Shown piece by piece: positions 55,298-64,000 of a DNA stretch of 64,000 nt. The notes below the pieces were generated by a model. The model ran no database searches and had not been told where the DNA came from. It saw only the letters and a program-made list of their open reading frames with translations. Source of the DNA: Sanchytrium tribonematis (lineage: Eukaryota); NCBI GenBank assembly GCA_018985235.1, contig JADGIG010000005.1, positions 1 to 64,000 of the forward strand. The letters are read 5' to 3'. The position numbers and the translations under genes are program-made. Positions within the stretch are counted from its first letter, which is position 1. Each line of letters begins with the position of its first letter.

Positions 55298-56663
55298 TTA
55301 AGTGATGGAGACTCGCTTTTGAACGTCTTCTCTTTTCGTCATTTCGCTAGATTGTTTTATAATGCCGCGTTTCTTATTTTCGGCTGCTTGAATAAGTTTG
55401 ATGTATTCAAATGTAGTTTCTCCCATTTCAACACTGTCCATTCCTTCTTCATATTGCTCGTCATTTAATTGTAATTTCAGTCCCGGGATTTTTCCCATAA
55501 CGTATAAAATTGCCACAGTCCAACAAAATGACCATGCCCCACATACAATACAATCTAAAATTTGCCATCCTAGTAGCTGATATTCTCCTTCAATAATACC
55601 ACTATATTGAACAGAAGTACCATCGAGAGCCGGCCAGTATCTTTCGCAAAATACTCCATTTAAAATATTACCGACGACACCTCCAACCCCATGAACACTA
55701 AATACGTCTAACTAAGTTAAATTAGATTACAGTATCATCAAATCTCATTTTTTCCTTAATTTTACCGCTTAAAAAGCAACAAACTGCTCCTATGTGCCCA
55801 ATTGCAATAGCACTTGAGGGCGACACAAATCCAGCGCAAGGCGTTATAGCTACAAGACCACTTATTGCACCTGCGCAAAATCCGGTTGATGTTATTTTTC
55901 CTTTTTTCATAAAATCCATAATCATCCAAGTCATAGAAGCTGCTGCAGCGGCTAGATTAGTCGCTACAATTGCAGCAGTTGCACGTCCATCAGCCTTTAA
56001 TGCACTACCGCCATTAAATCCATTCCAACCAAACCAAAGTAATAGAGTTCCTAAAACAACACTGACAGGGGAATAAGGATCTCCAGATTGCTGTTTTTTG
56101 TTTTTTCGCTGTCCAACCATTAAGACATAAGCCAATGCTGCAAAACCACTAGAAATATGCACTGGTGAGCCACCAGCAAAATCCAAGACTCCATTTTTGA
56201 ATAACCAACCATTTGCGTTCCAACACCAATAAGCGATAGGATCATAGACAATAAATGACCAAATAAATACAAAAATAAGTTTAGGAAACATTCTAGCTCG
56301 GTCAGCGGCGCCTCCGATAACCAATGCAGGCGTTATACATGCAAACGTTGCCTGAAAAAATACAAACGCGTATTCAGGATATGGGCTAACTCTAGTAATA
56401 TCTATATTTTGGAAAAATGCTTTGTCAAAAGCACCAATAAAACCACTACCATTTTCTGAATAGACGAGTGAATAACCTGCAAAAAACCATTGCATCATTA
56501 CAATTGAATTAGCTATATAACATAATAATAGAATTGATAATGCAGATTTTTGATTCGTAAGTCCAGAGTAAAAGTAACCCAAGCCTGGTATCATTATAAA
56601 CACCAAAACCGCGCTTAACAACAAAAAAGCTGTATTTCCATCATAGTCATCAATCTCGACCAT
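55298..56663 (-). CDS. Ammonium transporter Mep/Amt, join(55731..56663,55298..55711)
   Basis: MIPGLGYFYSG, DFAGGSPVH, LWFGWNGFNGGS, GLVAITP. Intron removal restores DDTLDVFSVHGVGG. Confidence 0.96.
55712..55730 (-). other. 19-nt spliceosomal intron GTAATCTAATTTAACTTAG
   Basis: Removal restores DDTLDVFSVHG; contains TTAAC branch-like motif. Confidence 0.95.
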
Positions 56664-56832
56664 TATATCAAGCCACCTCTTCAAAAATTCAAATAAATTA
56701 TATGTGAATTTGTAAAATTAATAATTATATAAATCAGTTAAAACGAACGTTCTATTTATTATGACCCTAGACCTTTTTTAATTCAATCGAAAGATCTCTC
56801 TCTAATAAATTCAGCAATTTAATTCTCGAATA

Positions 56833-57573
56833 CTAATTTTTTAACTCCGTAATAGGTTCGAGACCATCAGAAATTCTCTTGATATTAATTTCCTCTAATG
56901 TCAATGTTGGTAACGAAAAATCAATTTTCTCAGGAATCTTTGTTTTTTTCTTAAAAAGCTTCGACGCTTTATTTTTACTATAGCCATGCTTTGCACTAGC
57001 CTTGTTTTTGACATTGATGTCTGGAACAGCTTGAGTTTCGTTTTCTTCAACACTGTCTTCATCATTCAAAAGCTTACTAATCGGAGAAACATACAACGGT
57101 AAACCGTAAATATCTTCAAGTACAGCACGTTTCATTATTCTCGGCAAAATGATACTACACACTCTTTCTTCATTTAAGAGTTTATCGATGAATTCGTCCA
57201 TGTGTATAATCTGAAATTCTGATGTGGTCCTATATCTGAGTTTTTGATATTTTGAGAAAAATGGTTCTAAAGTTTGATATATTGATGATGCATCCATCGT
57301 CATTCGAAAATACAATAAGCCTAATGCAGATAAGTATTTAAAGGAGCTGTTGTTTATGTAGGCTAAAACTATTTCTTTTGAGGGTTTTATTATGGAAAGC
57401 CTATACAACAAACAAATAAATTCTGAAGCTTTTTGATTACCTCCAAAAGTTCCACCTACATATTGAAGTTTTACAGCACGATCCACGATTGTAGCTGCAT
57501 TTAAACCGAAGCACATTTCCTTATAATAATTTGATTGTAGAATTCTATGAACTACAATTTCTTCAAAAATCAT
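56833..57573 (-). CDS. PRP38: Pre-mRNA splicing factor Prp38
   Basis: RILQSNYYKEMCFGLNA, YVGGTFGG, FICLLYRL, FKYLSALGLLYFR, HMDEFIDKLL. Confidence 0.92.
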   Translation of the reverse strand: MIFEEIVVHRILQSNYYKEMCFGLNAATIVDRAVKLQYVGGTFGGNQKASEFICLLYRLSIIKPSKEIVLAYINNSSFKYLSALGLLYFRMTMDASSIYQTLEPFFSKYQKLRYRTTSEFQIIHMDEFIDKLLNEERVCSIILPRIMKRAVLEDIYGLPLYVSPISKLLNDEDSVEENETQAVPDINVKNKASAKHGYSKNKASKLFKKKTKIPEKIDFSLPTLTLEEINIKRISDGLEPITELKN

Positions 57574-57587
57574 GTTTTACAACTCCT

Positions 57588-58452
57588 TTATTGAGAGAGC
57601 GATTGCATATATGCATACCTTACAGCGTGCTCTTTCCAACTATGTTGTAATTCCTTGGCATCCACTATCGAGTGCCAATCTTTCGTCATACTTTTTCTCC
57701 AAACTTTCAGAGCTTCAATCGGATCCGCACTTAAAGACATCAAAAACTCGTACCGGTATTGTTCATCTAGCATTTTGGATTTTAAAGCAGACATAGCTTC
57801 CGAGGTATCTTTCGATTCAGGATATGAGAGATTGGCACTATAAACGGTAATCAATTTTTCTAAATTATTGAAAATTACCACCGGTATCCTCCTTCAAGTC
57901 GATTACTACCTTGTCAATTGATTTGGTTAAAGTTGAAATCTTTTCATCCAAGACATCTAGGGTCAGGCTATCCCGCTTGAAAATCTTTTTAAGCATTGAA
58001 TCACACTGAATAATATTATCGTGGAAAATTTTATGTAAAGTTGCATACTGAATAATAATGGACTCGATATAAGCTAAATTAAAGGCCACATCAGACCCCA
58101 CAACAATTTCCATAAACTTTTTTAACTCGCCTATAGGTTGCACCAAAGTTCCAGAATTTAATTCTAAAACTAGTGATGAAGGGCGCGAAGGACGTTGGCA
58201 ATTGAATACAGATTTTGGATGTGATTCAGTAGGCTCATAAGTCACTTTTTCGTCGGCATATATAATTTCCATTCTTGTTATGTAAGCACTTAAATGTGTA
58301 CATGTAATATTTAATGTTTTATCTTTAATTTGCCATTTCAGTAGTTCGCGGTGACCTTTTAAAGGCATGGAATACAGCTGAGACTGCAGTAATAAGTCCA
58401 ACTTTGAATTCAACGCATTTATGGTGTCAATTTTGCTTTGCAAAGGAAACAT
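57588..58452 (-). CDS. SWIB-domain protein, SMARCD/Swp73-like (divergent), join(57879..58452,57588..57859)
   Basis: IIIQYATLHKI..IIQCDSMLKKIF SWIB core; RYEFLMSLSADPIEALKVW...WKEHAVRYAY C-terminus. Confidence 0.72.
57860..57878 (-). other. 19-nt spliceosomal intron GTAATTTTCAATAATTTAG
   Basis: Removal joins the two ORFs in frame (846-nt CDS). Confidence 0.88.
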
Positions 58453-58483
58453 TTAATTTCTCCAAGTATCAAGTGAATAAATA

Positions 58484-59842
58484 ATGGCAAACTCCAAGAC
58501 GACAGATTGCCAACACCCATCAGTCTATGGCTCACTTTGCGTCGTTTGCGGTCAAGAAGTGGTGGAAAACAATCAGAATGATGAAGAATACCACTCTATA
58601 TTGCATGATAATATACATTTAAAAATGAATAAATCCAATAGGGAAATTGATGCTACGAAACAAGTTCAAGGCTTGCAAAAATCTAAACAACTAGTATGCA
58701 TTCTAGATTTAGACCAGACTATCCTTCATTGTTTAACAGGAAAAAAAGATGAAGACGAGGAAGTATTTGATTTTCAATTGCAACACGAAACTTATAGAAT
58801 ATATTTTCGACCACATTTGACAAATGTTCTAAACACTTTGAATTCAATCTACACAACTCACATATATACCATGGGAACAAACGAATACTGTGAAAAAATA
58901 ACTAATTATTTAAAAGCAGAAATGAACTTCGACGTACTGTCGAGGTGGATGGGTAGAGATAACAACGTGCTTCCAAAGGACGAATTTCATATGAAATCAA
59001 TTTTGAGGTTCAATTGTCCCATAGATTTAACCGTGGTACTAGATGACAGGCTGGATGTTTGGAAGCAACAAGACAATGTGATTCCTATACTACCTTACTA
59101 TTATTCGCTCATCGGAGACATTCATGGCTCAGATCGCTTTGAACTCCATCAAAGTGTCGTTTTTAGAATGGATAATCACTTAATATATGTCAATAGATTG
59201 CTTCAATACCTCCATGAGGCTTTTTACAAAGAGGACGAAAACGGAAATTCAATTACAACGAGTGTCCCTAAGCTCCTTAAAAAAAGACTGAATATTTTTT
59301 GCAATTGCTTCTTTGTTTTGTCGGGATTTATCCCAAATAATAAGAACTACATTCCAATTTTTCATTTGATTGAAAAATTCGGGGGTACTATTACAGAAAC
59401 GGTGAACGAAAAAACAACGCATTGCATTTGTATGTATGAAGGCTCAGTCATAAATAAGGATCAATTTGAAGATGAAGAAGTTCCTATTCCAAGAGATCCT
59501 AGTGATGATAAGCAAATTGCGGCTTTTTTGCTTCAAAAATCGGAGCTTCCTATAAAAATTACTGATAAGGTTAAAGATGCAAAGAAAAAATGCTATATGC
59601 TTCCACCTGAGTGGGTATATTTAAGTTGTTATTCATTCTACAAACTAGATGAAACCATTTATAACTACAAAAATTCACTTCCTCTAGGAAGCCCATTTGT
59701 TCGCTCCAAAAATTCATCTATTAAAGTTAAAGAAAAAAATTTAAAAATTGCTGGTGAAAGAAATAGAGTTAATTCGATTTCCTCCATTTCTTCCGGTGAA
59801 TTGGACTCCTTTGCAGACAATCTCGAAAAAGACCTAGAATAA
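58484..59842 (+). CDS. FCP1: RNA Pol II CTD phosphatase Fcp1
   Basis: CQHP..CVVCG, LDLDQTILH, IYTMGT, VVLDDRLDVW, BRCT-like C-terminal part. Confidence 0.92.
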   Translation: MANSKTTDCQHPSVYGSLCVVCGQEVVENNQNDEEYHSILHDNIHLKMNKSNREIDATKQVQGLQKSKQLVCILDLDQTILHCLTGKKDEDEEVFDFQLQHETYRIYFRPHLTNVLNTLNSIYTTHIYTMGTNEYCEKITNYLKAEMNFDVLSRWMGRDNNVLPKDEFHMKSILRFNCPIDLTVVLDDRLDVWKQQDNVIPILPYYYSLIGDIHGSDRFELHQSVVFRMDNHLIYVNRLLQYLHEAFYKEDENGNSITTSVPKLLKKRLNIFCNCFFVLSGFIPNNKNYIPIFHLIEKFGGTITETVNEKTTHCICMYEGSVINKDQFEDEEVPIPRDPSDDKQIAAFLLQKSELPIKITDKVKDAKKKCYMLPPEWVYLSCYSFYKLDETIYNYKNSLPLGSPFVRSKNSSIKVKEKNLKIAGERNRVNSISSISSGELDSFADNLEKDLE

Positions 59843-59900
59843 ATGTAAATGGCAATAATTTTATTCTTCAAATTAATTTGAGACGATCTAAAATTAATTT

Positions 59901-61373
59901 ATGGACAGAAATCTCCTCACATTTAAAAATGCTTTGCAAATTGTTCTAGATTACAAAAAGAACTATACCAAAGAAGGTGATAACCATGATTTGCATCAAA
60001 GGAGTGCCGATAGAATTCTTGAAATAGCGGAAAGAAATGGAGGGGTTTATATTAAGCTTGGACAACATCTGAGTTCCCTTGTTTATTTGGTTCCTGATGA
60101 GTATGTCACAACTTTGTCGAAGTTATATGACAACTGCCCAGTCTCCTCCATAGAGAGTATTGGCGAAATGGTCAAGGAAGAAACCGGAAGCGAATTAATA
60201 GATTTATTTAAAGATATAGATCCAATCCCAATTGGAACCGCTTCCTTGGCACAAGTTCACAAGTTCGGAGATTTTGCTTTGAAGTTCCAACATCCCAACA
60301 TGATCAAGTATGCTGCGAAGGATATGAACTTGGTTAGTAGAATAACAAAATTGGTGAAATACACCTTTCCAGCATTTAATCTCAGCTGGCTTAGCGAAGA
60401 GATGAACAGAAATTTACCTCAAGAAATGGATTTTCGTTGCGAAGCATCAAATGCTGAGACACTTCGAGGTAATTTTTTTGGCCATAGATACAAAATTAGA
60501 AGCACTCCATGTTTATTCGAGCCGGATAAAATCAAAACCAAGTCATTAAGGACTTTTGGTGGAGTGGAAAAAGTGTTGAAAATTCCAAAGATTTATTTTG
60601 CGACTAAGCGTGTGCTCTGTATGGAATACATATATGGCGCGAAAGTTGATGATATAGATTATATGATAAAGCACAATATAAAGCCTCACCAAGTAGCAAG
60701 ATCGCTCAGTTATCTATTTGGAAATATGATTTACCTCCATGGATTTACTCATTGTGATCCACATTTGGGAAACCTCATGATTCAAGCTAGGCCAAGTCGC
60801 GGCTTTTTTGATACTTTTTATAAATTGATTACAGGAACCCCCAATTTTTATCTAGTGCTGCTGGACCATGGACTCTATAGAGGACTCGAGCCCGAGTTTA
60901 GGTTGAGTTACGCCTATCTTTGGAAGGCATTGGCTTCGGGAAATGAGAAAGATATTAAATATTGGTCAAACAAAGTCGGCAATGGAATTTCGGCATATAG
61001 GCTTTTTTCGAGTATGCTAACTGGTCGCAGTTGGGAAACCATATCTGACACAGGGTTGAACTCGGAAAGATCTATTAGAGAACAACAGGCGATGTCTAGA
61101 GCAGGAATTTATATTACCGATATTGCGGATATTCTTGCAACTATTCCGCGGGAACTTTTACTAGTACTGAAGACAAATGATTTGTTGCGCAGTCTTGACT
61201 ACAAACTGGACTGTGGCCCGTTTATATCATATTTTTGTCTTTTAAGGCTTGTTAATCGAAGCATTTATAATAAGGAAGGTCGTTTTTTTGAATTTATAAA
61301 AGAAGATATTAAATGGAGGACTTTGGATTACAGTTTGGGCTTCTACTACAATTTAAAATATTTATTGTTTTAA
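59901..61373 (+). CDS. ABC1/ADCK (UbiB-family) atypical kinase
   Basis: NGGVYIKLGQ, PIGTASLAQVH, EMDFRCEA, HCDPHLGN, LLDHGLY. Confidence 0.93.
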   Translation: MDRNLLTFKNALQIVLDYKKNYTKEGDNHDLHQRSADRILEIAERNGGVYIKLGQHLSSLVYLVPDEYVTTLSKLYDNCPVSSIESIGEMVKEETGSELIDLFKDIDPIPIGTASLAQVHKFGDFALKFQHPNMIKYAAKDMNLVSRITKLVKYTFPAFNLSWLSEEMNRNLPQEMDFRCEASNAETLRGNFFGHRYKIRSTPCLFEPDKIKTKSLRTFGGVEKVLKIPKIYFATKRVLCMEYIYGAKVDDIDYMIKHNIKPHQVARSLSYLFGNMIYLHGFTHCDPHLGNLMIQARPSRGFFDTFYKLITGTPNFYLVLLDHGLYRGLEPEFRLSYAYLWKALASGNEKDIKYWSNKVGNGISAYRLFSSMLTGRSWETISDTGLNSERSIREQQAMSRAGIYITDIADILATIPRELLLVLKTNDLLRSLDYKLDCGPFISYFCLLRLVNRSIYNKEGRFFEFIKEDIKWRTLDYSLGFYYNLKYLLF

Positions 61374-61579
61374 TATTTGGTGAAAAATTTATCATAAATG
61401 ACTGTATTTTCCATTTGTTTTACACTCACTTCCATATCTTGTATCTTCAAATTTAGTGATTTTTGAGTTTCCACCAATTCATTCGCCAACATTTCCCACT
61501 GTGGCTCTCGCCTCTCAATTTTTAATTCTTTAAGTTCTTTTAAAGAGTTTAATAGCTTTTCAAGTTGGATATCTGACAT
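61370..61579 (-). CDS. Small coiled-coil protein
   Basis: 69-aa ATG ORF; its stop overlaps the ADCK stop (TTAA). Confidence 0.5.
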   Translation of the reverse strand: MSDIQLEKLLNSLKELKELKIERREPQWEMLANELVETQKSLNLKIQDMEVSVKQMENTVIYDKFFTKY

Positions 61580-61611
61580 TTTGTTTCGAATATTTCGAAC
61601 ATAATCAAGGG

Positions 61612-63775
61612 ATGCAACAGATTAATCAATTATCTCATGTAGAATCCACTCCTATACAAATTATTAAATATCTGGATGCAGGTTCATTTTCGCAAGTATT
61701 TCTATGTCAAACCCCCACAAATCTAGCCGTATTGAAGATCACTTCGTCCCCACCACATATGCAGAGCATTTCTAAAGAGTTAGATATTCTGAAAGCTTTA
61801 AAAAAGCAACAAAATGACTATCTAGGGGCGTTCCTTGTAGGATATTATGCTGGAGAGGTCACTCATAGTCATGCATGTTTATTATTAGAATACTGCAAAA
61901 TGAATCTTGTTCAATACATGAATAGCATGATGCCAAATCAATTTCCCATCACAACCGTGCTTCATATTATGTATGATATTTCACAGGCCTTATATTTCTT
62001 ACACGCAAATGGCATTATACATAGAGATGTTAAATTAGAAAATGTTTTGCTAAAAGACCAAAGACAATCTGGAAGCACATATACACCAACCTATTGTCTT
62101 TGCGATTTTGGCAGTTGTACAACTAAAACTATTCCATATAATACGTTACCTCATAACGTTGAAGAAATCAAATATGATATTGAGCAATTCACCACACTGC
62201 AATATCGGGCACCTGAACTTATCGATCTTCATCTTAGAAGAGGAATTAGTACTAAAGTGGATGTATGGGCCCTTGGTTGCTTATTGTTCAAACTCTTGTA
62301 TTACCGAAATCCCTTTGATAATGAATATGGAATTTTGAGCTACAATAATAATATTACACAACTTCTTTTACAAACAAATAAAACTATACCCTTGGAAGTC
62401 AAAGCCATGCTTGAAAAGAGCTTGTGGACCGATCCAGTTGATAGATGGAACGTTTGGAATGTTTTAAGCCAGTTATGTGAAATCAAAGGCTCAAACTGTC
62501 CATTACAAAATATTTTTCAGGAAGAACAGATACAAAGGCAAACAGTGGCACCCGCTGATAAAAGCGTTCATCCTTTGATAAAGGCTGCCACCAACTCCCA
62601 ACAGGGATTGCTTAATCAAGCAGTAGGCATGACTGATCTGGCTCAACAAAGAAGGGCAAATAGAGCGAAAACTCATCCTGTTGATTTAAACGCATCCCTT
62701 GTTGATTCTTTTGAGGATTCAAACAAATTCCCATCATTAGAGAAGCTAAATTCTCCCCGTATTTCTACAACTTCAGCAATACCAAGCCTGCCTCAAACTG
62801 ATATGTTCCCGGATTTGGACTCGTTTGAAGCATCTTACGGAAATCGATCCAGTGTACCGGCACCACTTTTTAATCAGTTTGAGCCACAAAGCGACTCAAA
62901 TCTTTCCCCTCAAGGAAATAATTTCTCAAGCGGCTCAAGAAAAGCCAGTCTTAAGCATTCAAACATAGTTGATGATCCAGCATTACTTCTTCAAAACATC
63001 ATCAAATCCACAGACCTTGAGGATATTGGTTTACTTTTGAAGTGGTCATGGCAAAAATATCACGCAAAAGAAGACCCCATAGCTTCAATTCTCGCCCAAA
63101 TTAGAATTTTGATGGGACAAATTGGGGTTATCACTACTAATGTTCGAAGTGTTTTTAGAGCATGTCTTGCCCTTCATTCTTTATTATTATATGGCCCCAG
63201 CACTGTACCAAGCCAATCTAATTTGGAAAGTGTCTTGCAGTCATTAGAAGGATACCAAAATAGAATGTCCAGTTTTTATGCAAGGTATCTGCGGGAGTTT
63301 TGTTCACTTTTAAAGCAAAATAGTATGAGTGGTCGATATCGAGGTGGCAAGGCAAGAAATCTTACCACTTTAGCGAGAGCCATTTTGACTCACATTCAAA
63401 TTCATGTAGATAGATTTTTAAATATGAGAGAAGCTATGGGTGCTAATAGCGATATTGGATTGTGTTTGTTTTTGTTCTCTCAAGATGCAATGATGGCAAT
63501 TGCTTCCGTTTCTGAAATGATTACAAATGGTATTTATTTTTGATTTAGATGTAGCTATGTCTGCCTTTGTCAAGCAAGCCATCAAGAAAGTGGCGGAATT
63601 AATTGATAGCTCTATTCAGTATTTCGAGCCATTACAAACGGAACTTCCTTTAGCTTTTGCCATGCTACAGCATACCAGAATATCTCTCTCCCCTTCAATG
63701 TACATACCCGAGCCTAAAGATGGAGAAATTAATCTAGAGGAAGATTTTCAAAAATTTTGGTGGGTATTCGCTTAG
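61612..63775 (+). CDS. NAK-family (Ark1/Prk1/AAK1-like) Ser/Thr kinase, join(61612..63529,63549..63775)
   Basis: IIHRDVKLENVL, LCDFGSCT, TTLQYRAPELIDL, KVDVWALGCLLFKL. Confidence 0.9.
63530..63548 (+). other. 19-nt spliceosomal intron GTATTTATTTTTGATTTAG
   Basis: Removal joins the kinase to the 63527..63775 ORF frame. Confidence 0.88.
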
Positions 63776-63808
63776 TAAATTCGAGAATGGATTTATTGAA
63801 TTAATAAG

Positions 63809-64000
63809 CTAAAGAAAATCAGACTGATTTAATTCTTTGAATAATTTTGGTACAGTCGTTATCATATCTGGCTGGTCCTGCAAACTTCTTATAATTGCAG
63901 TTCTCCAAACTTGATATTGAGGATCATCAAATTTAATTGATTCCCAATTATCGGGTAAAATATATTTTTCTTTAGATTCTACGAGCGGCCTGATTCTTGG
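63809..64000 (-). CDS. 3' end of a gene entering from beyond the window
   Basis: Open frame PRIRPLVESKEKYILPDNWESIKFDDPQYQVWRTAII...QSDFL* ending at TAG 63809. Confidence 0.6.
   Translation of the reverse strand, partial: PRIRPLVESKEKYILPDNWESIKFDDPQYQVWRTAIIRSLQDQPDMITTVPKLFKELNQSDFL

Noticed and set aside
61580..61602. Imperfect palindrome TGTTTCGAATATTTCGAACA and CG-containing motifs in other spacers
   Set aside because: Could be promoter elements, but too short and variable to define a motif by eye.
6970..62338. Numerous 60-160 aa antisense or alternative-frame ORFs within long genes
   Set aside because: Shadow ORFs with no recognisable motifs.
5566..63548. Split ORF pairs as pseudogenes, programmed frameshifts or stop-codon reassignment
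   Set aside because: Each break is a frame change explained by a GT..AG element with a shared consensus. TAA, TAG and TGA all act as normal terminators, so there is no sign of an alternative code.
63760..63785. Second intron near the NAK kinase 3' end (16 or 22 nt)
   Set aside because: Both candidates keep a short frame open but lack T-8/A-6, and no motif supports them.
1..64000. tRNA, rRNA, CRISPR arrays, transposons, prokaryotic operons
   Set aside because: None recognised; gene content and introns are eukaryotic.

Overview
Extremely compact, AT-rich eukaryotic nuclear DNA with about 55 protein-coding genes in 64 kb and spacers that are often only 1-40 bp. It uses the standard genetic code. 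Fungal markers (Chs4/Skt5, Chs5-like, Rax1-like, Sts1/Cut8) occur together with flagellar genes (CFAP99-like, calaxin, a DNAH2-like dynein tail) and genes absent from yeasts such as S. cerevisiae (SAMHD1-like, WDR7, RalGAP-alpha-like, JMJD4). This points to an early-diverging zoosporic fungus; a sanchytrid-like lineage is my inference only. Main result: twelve genes that the ORF track shows as split or truncated each carry one ultra-short GT-AG intron (eleven of 19 nt, one of 20 nt). All twelve have an invariant T at -8 and A at -6 from the 3' end, and eleven lie in roughly the last third of the CDS. In eleven genes removal restores the frame; the RalGAP gene also carries a 48-nt insertion built from two exact 25-nt copies of its own coding sequence, one direct and one inverted. 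Other points: a motor-less axonemal dynein heavy chain, divergent gene pairs 13-41 bp apart, and stop codons fused to AATAAA-like signals. No rRNA, tRNA, CRISPR or transposon was recognised. All product calls come from motif recognition by eye, not from database searches.
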